Below, one piece after another: positions 20,378-35,265 of a DNA stretch of 64,000 nt. Source of the stretch: Prevotella sp. (GTDB lineage Bacteria > Bacteroidota > Bacteroidia > Bacteroidales > Bacteroidaceae); contig JAGCXX010000080.1 in NCBI GenBank assembly GCA_017961115.1, positions 1,166-65,165 on the forward strand, read 5' to 3'. The translations under genes and the position numbers were made by a program. The notes under the pieces were generated by a model. That model was not told where the DNA came from, did not search any database, and was given only the letters and a program-made list of their open reading frames with translations. How positions within the stretch are numbered: the first letter of the stretch is position 1; each line of letters starts with the position of its first letter.

Positions 20378-22164
20378 ATGCTTAAAACCCTCTATTCTCA
20401 AATCAAGCAATACCGGCGGGCGGCGGTGCTTACACCTGTCTTCACCTCACTTGAGGTAGTGATGGATGTGCTTATCCCATACGTCACCGCCAAACTCATC
20501 GACCTGGGCATCAATGCAGGCGACTTGCGTAATGTCTATCTCTATGGTGGTGTCATGCTCGTCATGGCATTCCTCAGTTTGTTGTTCGGTATCAAGGCAG
20601 GACAGTATTCCGCCTATGCCTCTTCGGGATTTGCCTGCAACCTCCGCGAGGCGATGTATCGCAACATCCAAACCTTCTCGTTTTCCGACATCGACAAGTA
20701 TAGCACCTCGGGTCTCGTCACCCGCATGACGACCGATGTGTCCAACCTGCAGAATGCCTTCCAACAGCTGCTGCGCGTGTCGGTGAGGGCGCCTTTCCGT
20801 ATGCTCTTCAGCATCTTCATGTGTTTTGTCATCGATGTGAGGATGAGCATCATCTTCGTTGTCGCCATGGTGGTGCTGTCGGTGTTCCTCTATTTCCTCA
20901 TCAGCAGGGTGGCGGGACTCTTCAAGCAGGTGTTTGAGCGATATGACCAACTCAACGGCAGCGTGCAGGAGAACATCGCAGGCATCCGCGTGGTGAAGTC
21001 TTTCGTGCGCGAGGATTATGAGAACACCAAATTTGGATGGGCTGCTGAGGCACTCTACAAACTCTATGTGCGCACTGAGGGACTCATGGCACTCAACCAT
21101 CCGGTGATGAACCTCGTGGTCTATGGCTGTATCATCGCCATCTCGTGGTTTGGCGCACAGTTTGTGGTCAGCGACACGCTCACTACAGGTGAGATTACCT
21201 CACTCTTCACCTATGTGATGAGCATTCTTATGTCTCTCATGATGCTCAGCATGATATTCGTCATGCTCACACAAAGTGCCGCCAGCGGTCAGCGTGTGGC
21301 AGAGGTCATCGATGAGGAGGCAGATATCCACAATCCCGATAAGGCAATCACCGACGTACCTAATGGCGATGTCGACTTCCGCCATGTCTATTTCGCCTAC
21401 AAGGCAGGCAGCGGGGAGTATGCCATACAGAACATTTCATTCCAGGTGCGCAGCGGAGAGACCATCGGTGTCATCGGCGGAACGGGTAGTGGCAAGTCGT
21501 CGTTGGTCAACCTCGTCAGCCGTCTCTATGACGTGTCGAAAGGTGCTGTATCAGTGGGCGGACATGACGTGCGGCAGTACGACCTCGAGGTGCTCCGCAA
21601 TGCCGTGTCTGTGGTGCTGCAGAAGAACGTACTCTTTTCAGGAACCATTCTCGACAACCTCAGGTGGGGCAATAGCGACGCCACGTTGGAGGAATGTCAG
21701 GAGGCATGCCGTATGGCATGCGCTGATGAGTTCATCGAACAGATGCCCGAGGGTTATAACACCCGCATCGAACAAGGTGGAACCAACGTGTCGGGCGGAC
21801 AGCGGCAGCGACTGTGCATCGCCCGCGCATTGCTCAAGCGACCCAAGGTGCTGGTGCTCGATGACAGCACCTCTGCCTGCGACACCGCCACCGATGCCGC
21901 CATCCAGCGCGCCTTTAGAGAAGAGTTGCCGGAAATCACCAAAATCATCATAGCACAGCGCATATCCAGCGTGCGTGAGTGCGACCGCATCCTCGTGCTC
22001 GACAAAGGACGGGTGAGTGGTTTTGATACTCATGAAAACCTGTTGCGCCAGAATGCCATCTACCGCGAAATCAATACTTTGCAGAATGAGGACGTCGGCG
22101 ACTTCGATGAACCGAAGAAGAGCCGCAGCCGTTTCAAGAACACCCACCTTAAAAACAAGAAGTC

Positions 22165-22168
<4 letters not shown>
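20378..22168 (+). CDS. ABC exporter, fused permease/ATPase (half 1)
   Basis: TM domain; GGTGSGKS, SGGQRQR, degenerate LDDSTSA. Confidence 0.95.
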
Positions 22169-26224
<4,056 letters not shown>

Positions 26225-26358
26225 CATATGACTAGTGTGGCGTTTCTTTTGCATCACGTCTAAATTATTTGCATTACGTCCATAATAACTGTTTACCTAT
26301 CGTGGATTTGGATAATTAATAATAAGACAAGTTATCATAAAATATTTATTTGGATAAT

Positions 26359-27012
26359 ATGGAAAAGAAACAAAATACATGGGTCGTCACTTTCATAGTT
26401 CTCATATTGACCTCCATTTTCGTTGGGGTGGTATGGTATGCATATGACCATTACGTCAATAGGGGGAAAGATGTTGGTGTCAATCATCGATATCTGTTTG
26501 GTGATGCCAATAATACCCACTTGAAGGCTGCACGTGAGAAAGGAATCAAACCACCAGCCAATCGTGACGAATTGGATGTGAGCAAATTGGTCAAAATAGA
26601 AACCTGTGATTTGTATAAGGTTGACCCATTGGAATACTCTGTTCCTTATCTCACGCCTGCAGCGAAGGCTCTTTTAGACGAGATTGGCTCTCGCTTTCAG
26701 AAGGCTATGAGTGAGCAAGGTTTGAAAAAACATAGGCTTATCGTCACGTCTGTCCTGCGAACTGATGATGACGTCAACAGATTGAGAAAAGTAAATGGGA
26801 ATGCCACGAAGAATTCGCCTCACCGATATGCCACCACATTCGACATTACCTATGTTAGGTATGACAGGATGTCTCTTAAGGGACAGGCAGCCAGTAGGCA
26901 ACAAATGGCAAATATCCTTGGAGAAGTGTTGGAAGGACTTCGAAAAGAAGGCCGCTGTTATGTGAGGTATGAGAGGCTTGAACCCTGCTATCATATCACC
27001 TCAAGGCGGTAG
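26359..27012 (+). CDS. DUF5715-family membrane-anchored protein
   Basis: N-terminal TM; SVPYLTP, VTSVLRT, NSPHRYATTFDI, CYHIT. Confidence 0.78.
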   Translation: MEKKQNTWVVTFIVLILTSIFVGVVWYAYDHYVNRGKDVGVNHRYLFGDANNTHLKAAREKGIKPPANRDELDVSKLVKIETCDLYKVDPLEYSVPYLTPAAKALLDEIGSRFQKAMSEQGLKKHRLIVTSVLRTDDDVNRLRKVNGNATKNSPHRYATTFDITYVRYDRMSLKGQAASRQQMANILGEVLEGLRKEGRCYVRYERLEPCYHITSRR

Positions 27013-27037
27013 AATCCTCCGTCCCCATAGTTGGAAA

Positions 27038-28597
27038 ATGAGAAAAGAAAAAGCATTATTGCCTTGTCTGGTAGTGACAGTTGCTGTAGGTCCTGCCTAT
27101 TCGCAGGCCAAGAGCAGTGAAAACCACAAGTCAGCACGTCCCAATATCATTCTTTTTATGGCTGATGACTTGGGGTGGCAGGATACCTCTGTGCCATTCG
27201 GAAATGAACGCACTCGACTGAATGATATTTACGAGACACCAAATATGGAACGGCTTGCCAGACAGGGAATGATGTTCACACAGGCTTACGCAGCACCAAT
27301 AAGTTCGCCCAGCCGCTGCTCCCTGATGACCGGTATGAATGCCGCCCGTCATCGTGTCACCAACTGGACATTGCACCAAGACAAGCGTACGGATGCTGAA
27401 GATGCTGTTGTGACACCACCGGAATGGAATGTGAACGGCATCTGCCAGACAGAGGGAACGAACAATACTTTTGTGGGCCGTTCTTTTGTGGACATCCTGC
27501 ATGCAAACGGATATCGCACCATCCATTGCGGTAAGGCTCATTGGGGTGCTATCGGCACTCTGGGTGAGCAGCCAGAGCATTTCGGCTTTGATGTCAACAT
27601 AGCCGGTCATGCGGCAGGAGGTCCCGCCACGTATCTCAGCGAACAGAATTATGGCCATGACAAGGACGGCAATCCAACAACACCTATGCATATCCCGGGG
27701 TTGCAGAAATACTGGGGTACAGGAACCTTTCTCACAGAAGCACTCACACAAGAGGCGCTGGGGGCACTTGATGAGGCGAAACGACTTGGGCAGCCCTTTT
27801 ATCTGTATATGTCCCACTATGCCGTGCATGTGCCTATAGACAGGGACTTGCGATTTTTCCAAAAATATGTGGAGAAAGGGCTCTCGCCCAAGGAGGCTGC
27901 TTATGCCTCACTGATTGAGGGCTTGGATTCCAGCCTCGGTGATGTTCTCGACTGGCTTGACCATCATGGGGAAACAGACAATACCATCGTGATTTTTATG
28001 AGTGACAATGGAGGATATGCCACCAGCAGCTATTGGCGTGATGAACCGCTCTACACACAGAATGCTCCCTTAAGGTGCGGAAAGGGTTCTCTATATGAGG
28101 GTGGCATCCGCGAGCCAATGATTGTCAGGTGGCCAGGGCATGTCAGGGCACAGTCCCGTTGTGACAGTTATGTCATGATAGAGGATTTTTATCCTACTCT
28201 TTTGGAAATGGGTGGTGTGAAGCGGTATCAAGTACCTCAGACTATAGACGGAAAGAGTTTCATGCCCTTGCTGACAAAGAAAGGTGACCCATCACGAGGC
28301 CGCTCTCTTATTTGGAACTTCCCCAATGTCTGGGACAATGAGGGACCCGGCATCAGCTTAAACTGCGCGATACGTAAAGGCGTGTGGAAAATGATATATA
28401 ATTATAAGACGCGCAAAAAAGAACTCTACAACATCTCCATTGATATCAGCGAGGCCAACGACGTAGCATCATATTATCCAAAAGTGGTTAGACGGCTGTC
28501 ACGTGAATTGGGATGTAGTTTGCGCAAGATGCAAGCGCAGCGCCCTTTGTTGAAAAGTTCTGGCATGCCGTGCCCATGGCCGGATGAGACAGAATAA
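27038..28597 (+). CDS. Sulfatase (Ser-type)
   Basis: PNIILFMADDLGW, SSPSRCSLMTG, GKAHWG, SDNGG, KGSLYEGGIR. Confidence 0.93.
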   Translation: MRKEKALLPCLVVTVAVGPAYSQAKSSENHKSARPNIILFMADDLGWQDTSVPFGNERTRLNDIYETPNMERLARQGMMFTQAYAAPISSPSRCSLMTGMNAARHRVTNWTLHQDKRTDAEDAVVTPPEWNVNGICQTEGTNNTFVGRSFVDILHANGYRTIHCGKAHWGAIGTLGEQPEHFGFDVNIAGHAAGGPATYLSEQNYGHDKDGNPTTPMHIPGLQKYWGTGTFLTEALTQEALGALDEAKRLGQPFYLYMSHYAVHVPIDRDLRFFQKYVEKGLSPKEAAYASLIEGLDSSLGDVLDWLDHHGETDNTIVIFMSDNGGYATSSYWRDEPLYTQNAPLRCGKGSLYEGGIREPMIVRWPGHVRAQSRCDSYVMIEDFYPTLLEMGGVKRYQVPQTIDGKSFMPLLTKKGDPSRGRSLIWNFPNVWDNEGPGISLNCAIRKGVWKMIYNYKTRKKELYNISIDISEANDVASYYPKVVRRLSRELGCSLRKMQAQRPLLKSSGMPCPWPDETE

Positions 28598-28791
28598 CAA
28601 AATAGTTCTCTTTTTTGGTGATTTCAGAAATTATTTCTATTTTTGTCCTGTCGTAGTGTGGCCTCGGTACTTTGTTATTGCACCACCAGAGCTAGTGAGA
28701 TTCACACTATGATGAAATTATTGAAGCAACAGCTGTTGCTTTAGGTTTTATTATTATCGTTAAACAAAGTGGTGCTTTATTTGTGAAAATC

Positions 28792-29382
28792 ATGAAAAAG
28801 TTGATTTTGTTGGCTGTTGTCGCCATGATGGCAACATTGAGTGTGAATGCACAGAATACGTTCGTCAAGCCAATGGTTGGCCCAACATTTTCCAAATTTA
28901 CTAGTTTTGACGACGCTAAGTTCAAGGTCGGTGTTGTCGGCGGAATGGAGGTTGGCTATTATGTGTCTGAGCCATTTGCCCTGACAGCAGGTCTTTTGGT
29001 GTCCTTGCAAGGAAGCAACTATAAGGATGAAGAATATTTCAAAGACCAGAAAACCACTATGACTTATTTGAATGTTCCCCTCCTCGCCAACTATTATGTA
29101 GCTCCTGGATTTGCCATCAAGGCAGGTATCCAACCTGGATTCCTGTTGGGTAGAAAATCAAAAGGTTCCGAAAAAGTGGATGGAGCATGGGAAGATTATG
29201 AAATTACAGATACAGAGGGCTTGAAGAAACTCGACCTCTCCATCCCCATCGGCCTGTCGTATGAGTTCTCCAATATCGTCATTGATGCCCGCTACAACCT
29301 TGGCCTGACCAAGATTATTGAAGATGTTAAAGCCAAGAACAGCGTATTCATGCTGACTTTGGGCTATAAGATTTCTTTCTAA
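28792..29382 (+). CDS. Outer-membrane beta-barrel (porin family) protein
   Basis: Signal peptide; YLNVPLLA, DARYNLGL; C-terminal GYKISF. Confidence 0.88.
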   Translation: MKKLILLAVVAMMATLSVNAQNTFVKPMVGPTFSKFTSFDDAKFKVGVVGGMEVGYYVSEPFALTAGLLVSLQGSNYKDEEYFKDQKTTMTYLNVPLLANYYVAPGFAIKAGIQPGFLLGRKSKGSEKVDGAWEDYEITDTEGLKKLDLSIPIGLSYEFSNIVIDARYNLGLTKIIEDVKAKNSVFMLTLGYKISF

Positions 29383-29410
29383 AACCAATCAACCTCGAAA
29401 GGATGCCCCC

Positions 29411-30079
29411 ATGATTCAGGTCATAGTTTCTAATGAGATAGAACAGGTGTGCCCTGGATTCGTGGGGGCAGCCGTTGAAGCACATTGTGCCAACAGTGAG
29501 TATTGTGCTCCGTTGTGGGAGGAAATCAACGCCATGACGGAGAAGTTCAAGACGACGCTCACCACGGAGTCGCTGAAGCAACTGCCCAGTATCGAGGCGA
29601 CGCGCCGTATATACAGGGCTTGCGGCAAGGACCCCTCGCGCTACCGCCCTGCGTCCGAGGCGCTCATCAGAAGGGTGCTTCAAGGAAAATCATTGTATCA
29701 GATTGACACACTCGTCGACCTCATCAACTTGGCGAGCATCGCCTACGGATATAGCATTGGTGGGTTTGATGCCGACAAGTTTGTTGGCAACACGCTTACG
29801 TTAGGTATAGGGCGTGCAGGAGAGCCCTACGAAGGTATCGGACGGGGGATGATCAACATTGAGGGACTGCCAGTGTACCGTGATGCAGAAGGTGGCGTGG
29901 GAACACCCACCAGCGACCATGAACGCACGAAAATCACCTTAACCACCACTCATCTGCTCGTCCTCATCAATGGCTACGACGGCAACCGCGAGCGCGTGGA
30001 GGCAAATGCAGAATTCATCCGTCAACTGCTCCAGAAGTATGGAGCAAGTGACGGAGGACATTATTGGGTGTATGGATAA
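29411..30079 (+). CDS. B3/4-domain protein (PheT-like editing domain)
   Basis: GKDPSRYRPASEALIRR, LVDLINLASI, GGFDAD. Confidence 0.88.
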   Translation: MIQVIVSNEIEQVCPGFVGAAVEAHCANSEYCAPLWEEINAMTEKFKTTLTTESLKQLPSIEATRRIYRACGKDPSRYRPASEALIRRVLQGKSLYQIDTLVDLINLASIAYGYSIGGFDADKFVGNTLTLGIGRAGEPYEGIGRGMINIEGLPVYRDAEGGVGTPTSDHERTKITLTTTHLLVLINGYDGNRERVEANAEFIRQLLQKYGASDGGHYWVYG

Positions 30080-30084
30080 CCCAT

Positions 30085-30834
30085 TTATTTTTTCTTGTCC
30101 TTGACGGAGAGGGGGAGATGCCGCCAGATGCAGCGGGGAACGCACCGCCACAGGGCGGTGATGATGCGCCACCGCCAGTCGATGACACGCACATGGCTCT
30201 TCTTGTTGATGGCCACCATGATTTCATGTGCTACATCCTCCTTGTGGAGCAGCATGGGGTAGTTTTTGCCGTCGTTGAGCAAGGCGGTATCGACAAATCC
30301 TGGTCGGATATCAGTGAAACGGATTTTCAACTTGCGCGTATAGGCCTGTTGTTCCAATGCCTGCAAGTAAGTATTCTGAAAAGCTTTCGTGGCGGAATAG
30401 GAGGGAGCGGGACCAAGTCCCATTGTTCCGGCTATGGAGGTGATGGCCACAATATGGCCGCCACCGTGACGGGCCATGTAGCGATATGCCACGCCAATCA
30501 TACGGGTAAATCCCAAGGCGTTGGTTGTCACGGTGGCGGTCTCGATGTCTGCCTCAAGAGTGGTGTTCTGCTTGCCGATGCCGGGGGCATAGAAGAAGAG
30601 GTCCATGCCGCCTACCACGGCGATGAGGCTGAGTAAGAGGTCCTCTGCCCCCTCGCTGTTCACATCGATGGTCTCCACCTCAACGCGGTCAGGCATCTTG
30701 TCCTTCAGTTCCATCAGCAGGTCGGTGCGTCGGGAGGCGATGCCGAGCGTCCACCCATCGTTGAGCAGCAGTTTGCTCACCTCCATGCCGATGCCCGACG
30801 AGGCACCTAATACTATCGCCTTCTTGGTCTTCAT
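30085..30834 (-). CDS. Short-chain dehydrogenase/reductase
   Basis: GASSGIG, YSATK, PGFVDT. Confidence 0.92.
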   Translation of the reverse strand: MKTKKAIVLGASSGIGMEVSKLLLNDGWTLGIASRRTDLLMELKDKMPDRVEVETIDVNSEGAEDLLLSLIAVVGGMDLFFYAPGIGKQNTTLEADIETATVTTNALGFTRMIGVAYRYMARHGGGHIVAITSIAGTMGLGPAPSYSATKAFQNTYLQALEQQAYTRKLKIRFTDIRPGFVDTALLNDGKNYPMLLHKEDVAHEIMVAINKKSHVRVIDWRWRIITALWRCVPRCIWRHLPLSVKDKKK

Positions 30835-31724
30835 CCAATTCTCTTGCTCAGTTCACGGTAGATGACTGCTCCGCATGCCAATTTGATGACGATGAAAACG
30901 GAAATCAAAATGGCCATGATAATCATGGTGACAATCATATTGTTGATGACGAGTCCGATGAGCCACATCAGGATGCCGGCTATGATGAAGAAAACCAGTG
31001 AGCACACCATGTCAATCCAGAACAAGGTGGACTTGTAGCCATAGGTAATCTTCGTGCTTTGCATCATGGCTTCAGATGGCGACAGTTCCTTGTCGAGCAG
31101 CAGGAATAGTGCCTGCGACCAGCCGTAACTGATGATGATGGCTGGAACAAAGACAAAGAGCAGGGCGGGCAAGATGGATATGGACATCAGGCCAATCAGG
31201 TTGAAGAACTCTCCCATGTATTTGCGGTAGTGCCCGTCGAAGATAAACGTGGGGCTGATGATGGCATTGGTGTCCTTGCTGAGTTTCAGCGGCAGGGTAT
31301 TGAGGCCGATGGTGGTTCCTACATTGATATAGGGTACCCAGATGGTGAGGATATAGAGGATGCAGGCGAGGAACACGGAAAGGAAATTCTTCAGTCCTAT
31401 TCCGATGCCTTCCTTGATGACTCCCATGACGGTGATGAGCCGCTCGCTCTGATAAGAGGGGTGAGTCTCTTCCTGCTGCCAGCGCGCCTCTTCTTGTCGG
31501 CGACGCTGTTCTTCCTGTTGTCTACGTTGCTCCTCTTGTTGTCTACGTTGCTCCTCTTGCTGTCGTCGGACCTCTTCTTCACGGCGTCGTGCTTCCTCTT
31601 CTGCATGGTTGTTGGGTGGCGTGGTGTCGTCAGCCGTATTGAACCAATATCCGCAGTAGCGGCATTTCAAGGCCTCTTGCCTGACCATTTGCCCACATTT
31701 TGGGCATCTTTTCATGTTGTCCAT
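30831..31724 (-). CDS. Zinc-ribbon membrane protein with Q/E/R coiled-coil linker
   Basis: CPKCG...CRYCG; (QQEEQRR)n; several TM helices. Confidence 0.82.
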   Translation of the reverse strand: MDNMKRCPKCGQMVRQEALKCRYCGYWFNTADDTTPPNNHAEEEARRREEEVRRQQEEQRRQQEEQRRQQEEQRRRQEEARWQQEETHPSYQSERLITVMGVIKEGIGIGLKNFLSVFLACILYILTIWVPYINVGTTIGLNTLPLKLSKDTNAIISPTFIFDGHYRKYMGEFFNLIGLMSISILPALLFVFVPAIIISYGWSQALFLLLDKELSPSEAMMQSTKITYGYKSTLFWIDMVCSLVFFIIAGILMWLIGLVINNMIVTMIIMAILISVFIVIKLACGAVIYRELSKRIG

Positions 31725-31743
31725 AGTGTGTAATAATTATTGG

Positions 31744-33168
31744 TTACTGATTGGGGATGCGGTCTACCTTTTCCAGACGGATGCCCGAACCAGAATTGCC
31801 CTGTCCTGGATTGGCTGGCTCAAGATGGAAACCGTTTCCTGATGATGACGGTGGTGGGTTGTTGCCGGGCCGGCGACCCTCACGTCTGACACGGTCCTGC
31901 TCACGCTGCTCTTCACTGCGGAACACCCTACGCGGACGGTCTTTCTGATTCCTGTCCATATGTGATGGTGGTGGCGGTGGATAGGCATAGTCGTCCTCTT
32001 CTCTATACCGTTGGTTTTGTGTGTCGGACTTTTTCACGGTATTGGTTTTGACGTTTTTGTCTTCTTGCTTCTGGACAGGTTCTTCCGGTTCTTCATTGTC
32101 GATTCTCTCAAAACTCTCAGTGATGGTGTTCATCTTGTAGGTAAAGGCGTAGTCGCCATATTTGTCACCCATGTCGATGAGGAGGTATTCATTGTCTGCC
32201 TCGTCTTTCGTGGCGTCAAGCACTTTCCCATTGCCCGACAAGACGGGAATTTTCACGGTCTCTGTCTTGTCTGTGTCAGCATGGTAGAGCATGAGTTTGT
32301 TGTCAAGGATGTAATAGAGGCATGGACTTTCAGCATCGGGGTAAGCGTTCAGTGCATAGGCCGAAGAGGTGATGTTTTCCACCACACTGTCAAGTCTATG
32401 CTGGAAGAGTGCTTTTCCCGTCAGTTGGTTGGTTTCGGTGGGTGTCACAACCTCCTTTTGAGGCTCGACAGGCGGTTCATTTTCTTCTTTATCTCCCTTC
32501 AGCAGGAAATAGGCGAGCAGGCCAAGTCCGATGACAAGCAGGGTGATGAGGGCAATGAGCAGCCATTTCAGGGGATTGCCTCCCTTGGCGGGAGGAGCTG
32601 CCACAGAAGTGTCTTCTGGCGGCCACTGGCGCTTGGATTCTGGCCGAGGTTGTGGCTCTGGTTCAGGTTCGAGTCTTGTTTCCGGCTCTGGGTCATATTT
32701 GGGTTCTGGTTTTGGCACGGCAACAGGTTCTGGTTCGGGAGCAGGTTCTGGTTCAGGTTGGGGCTTTGTTTCCGGTTTGGTCTCTGGTTCAGGTCCGAAT
32801 ACCAACTTCCTCTCTGGCTTTTGTATGGGTTCTGGTTCGGGAGTCGGTTCCGGCTCTGGCTCAGGTACGATAGGTTTTTCCTCCACGATAGGTTTTTCCG
32901 CAGTAACTTCTTGTGGTTTTGCATCAAACCCAGTAGGTTCGAAGCACACAGGACAGATGGCAAGATGAGCACCGATTTGTTCTCCGCAGATAGGGCAGAA
33001 CCGCATTGCTCCTGTTTCTGAACCAGTGTCAGGAGCGGGTGTGTCGGGTTGGGATGGTTGGGGTTGTGGTGCGTTGTTTGGTGTCGCACCTGATAGAGGC
33101 TCACCGCAATAAGGGCATACGCTTAGGTGGTCGTCCACCATCTCCGCACATATAGGGCATCTTTTCAT
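31744..33168 (-). CDS. Double zinc-ribbon, Pro/Glu-rich single-pass membrane protein
   Basis: CPICAE..CPYCG and CPICGE..CPVC; PEPEP linker; one TM helix. Confidence 0.82.
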   Translation of the reverse strand: MKRCPICAEMVDDHLSVCPYCGEPLSGATPNNAPQPQPSQPDTPAPDTGSETGAMRFCPICGEQIGAHLAICPVCFEPTGFDAKPQEVTAEKPIVEEKPIVPEPEPEPTPEPEPIQKPERKLVFGPEPETKPETKPQPEPEPAPEPEPVAVPKPEPKYDPEPETRLEPEPEPQPRPESKRQWPPEDTSVAAPPAKGGNPLKWLLIALITLLVIGLGLLAYFLLKGDKEENEPPVEPQKEVVTPTETNQLTGKALFQHRLDSVVENITSSAYALNAYPDAESPCLYYILDNKLMLYHADTDKTETVKIPVLSGNGKVLDATKDEADNEYLLIDMGDKYGDYAFTYKMNTITESFERIDNEEPEEPVQKQEDKNVKTNTVKKSDTQNQRYREEDDYAYPPPPPSHMDRNQKDRPRRVFRSEEQREQDRVRREGRRPGNNPPPSSSGNGFHLEPANPGQGNSGSGIRLEKVDRIPNQ

Positions 33169-33452
33169 AGCAAATAAGAATTTGAATGGTAATTGATTTC
33201 AGATTGCCCACAAATATAACGGATTTCTGACACTTTTGCAAATATTTGACAATTATTTTGTGAATTGCAATGAGTTTAAAACAGTTAATACTTATGTATC
33301 TTTTGTCGACACCCATATTTGTAGGACATTACTTCCATACTTTCAGTACTTTCAGGAGTAATGGCATACGTCGTGGCACCAGGTTACTGACAAAAGATTA
33401 TCTTCTGGAAGATTAGAATAATAAACACCAAAAGTCAGATTTTGCAAACCAT

Positions 33453-33644
33453 TTACCATCGATTTTTATTGATGACCTGCTTGAATACAGGAATGTCGGA
33501 GACGGAGGCGAAGAGGAGCATACATGCACGAAACTTGATAATGTCGGAACCGAAAAGGCTATAGACGTCATGACTCATTGTCGCTTCAGTAGCTTCAATC
33601 AATCTCTCTCTGAGGATGGGATGCTCAATATAGGCATAAGCCAT
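33453..33644 (-). pseudogene. 5'-truncated DUF1810 paralogue
   Basis: AYAYIEHPILRERL...FGSDIIKFRACMLLFASVSDIPVFKQV matches the C-terminal part of 37556-37996. Confidence 0.85.
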
Positions 33645-33653
33645 TAGATGTTG

Positions 33654-34289
33654 CTACCTGCACCACCCATCTTTCACATAGATGGTGTCGCCTTTGAAGG
33701 GAACGAAGACCTCTATGAAATCTCCTTGCCAATCATTCTCCATTTCGCCATCCACCTCTACTTGGCGGATATGGGTGCCTTTGGGCCTGTCTATAGGTTG
33801 TTCAGGAAGAATATAATAGCGATAACCATTCTCTTCCTTCTCCCAGCAACACGGGTCGGCAACACATGCATGGCGCAACTTGCTGTAGAATGCTTTTGAC
33901 AAAGGCCGGCGTGGAACGAACTTGATAGAGATTTCATTCCGGGTGAAGTCATCATAATAGGTGGAGTCGACCGGAGTCACATCTGGGAAGTCTACACCTG
34001 TGATTTTTCTCAAATCTGCCGCCGTGTGGTAAGGAATAGAAGCCGGGACACCCTCTGAATGACCATCAATGAGATAGCTTAGACCCCCAATAAGAACGAT
34101 AAGCATGACAGGAGGTGAGAAGATTGAGAGGATTGAAGCCTTGATGTAGCCCATTCTGCGGGCAATAAACAATAATCCAAATGGAATAAAAAACCATAAG
34201 AGACAGCTGTTGGCTCGTGAACGCCACTCCTTGTTGAAAATGAGAGTGCAATATACAACGACAAGTATGCAGATATAAAACAGAACCAT
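33654..34289 (-). CDS. Hypothetical membrane protein (3 N-terminal TM helices plus soluble domain)
   Basis: Open frame with hydrophobic N-terminus; start at MVLFYI preferred. Confidence 0.7.
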   Translation of the reverse strand: MVLFYICILVVVYCTLIFNKEWRSRANSCLLWFFIPFGLLFIARRMGYIKASILSIFSPPVMLIVLIGGLSYLIDGHSEGVPASIPYHTAADLRKITGVDFPDVTPVDSTYYDDFTRNEISIKFVPRRPLSKAFYSKLRHACVADPCCWEKEENGYRYYILPEQPIDRPKGTHIRQVEVDGEMENDWQGDFIEVFVPFKGDTIYVKDGWCR

Positions 34290-34445
34290 AATGTTATCGG
34301 ATTTTTTTGAATCATTTAAATGGTTGAACAATGTTTTCTAATACATAATACCACTTTCCGCTCTGAGGTAACTAGCAGAACCTGTTTGCTATACGAAATA
34401 CGGCCTTTTCTGTATGAATTGGTTCGTTCGCAGATTAATAACCAA

Positions 34446-34973
34446 TCAGAATTTAATCTTATTGAATCCTAATACAAGCGATTCTATCCACCCATACCAA
34501 TCTGTTGGGGATGTCCATACATGTTTCCAATGCCAACCATCGCTGGCGCGAAATATCTTTTCGTGTCCATTTTCCTCATAGGTGGAATTGGGATATGGGC
34601 TTTTATGCTTGAAGTCCGACACCCATTTCTCCCCATTGTAAATGGCGATAAGGCCGAAGTGGCTTATCTTGTTCTGCGGCAGAACGCAGATGTCGCCTTT
34701 TATAGGCTTGTACCCTTCTGATGATATTTCCTTGAATCCCATCTGTGGCAAGGTTTTTTCGTATGCATAAGCTGGAATGAGTCCAATGGGACATCCTCCA
34801 TGCCACATTGATTTTGTTACATACCAGGCACACATGGAGCGTGATTTCTTAGCCGCATGGCTTGTTGCATAGGTTACCGTCTTCTCATTGCTGTAGCGGT
34901 AAGGAAGGTGATTCCAGATGAGGATGGCAGCGATAGCGATGATGATGCCCTTTGTCTTTTTCTTCATTTTCAT
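34446..34973 (-). CDS. CHAP/NlpC-P60-type amidase-like protein; catalytic His appears replaced by Leu
   Basis: CAWYV, KGDICV, HFG-L-IAIYNGEKWVSDF where the family pattern is GHIAIYxGxxWVSDF. Confidence 0.75.
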   Translation of the reverse strand: MKMKKKTKGIIIAIAAILIWNHLPYRYSNEKTVTYATSHAAKKSRSMCAWYVTKSMWHGGCPIGLIPAYAYEKTLPQMGFKEISSEGYKPIKGDICVLPQNKISHFGLIAIYNGEKWVSDFKHKSPYPNSTYEENGHEKIFRASDGWHWKHVWTSPTDWYGWIESLVLGFNKIKF

Positions 34974-35264
34974 TATTGTCTTTCTTTTAGTTGAATAGAT
35001 GTCTTAGCATAACGGTATAGCAGCCAACTGATGATGATGTCAATCAAAAATGCAATGACGAATATCAAAATGTTGACGGTGACGTAGCCCGACCTGGAGT
35101 TTCCCGACATGGCTTTTAGCTCTCCTACACACAAACGGCCCGCCCCTTCCATAGAGGATGGTGCAAAAGAGCGCTACCAAGGCAAACAGGAAATGTCGTT
35201 TCCTGCAAAGCACGACAAGTGCTACAATGGCGGTGAGGAAATTGAGAATGATCAGATAATCCAT
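34973..35264 (-). pseudogene. Small membrane protein interrupted by a +1 frameshift
   Basis: Two hydrophobic halves in different frames; the second ends in a TAATG overlap with the amidase start; span is 292 nt (3n+1). Confidence 0.65.
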
Positions 35265-35265
35265 A

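Noticed and set aside
32630-32900. Strong G/T strand skew
   Set aside because: Fully explained by Pro/Glu/Lys repeats on the minus strand, unlike the sigma-like gene
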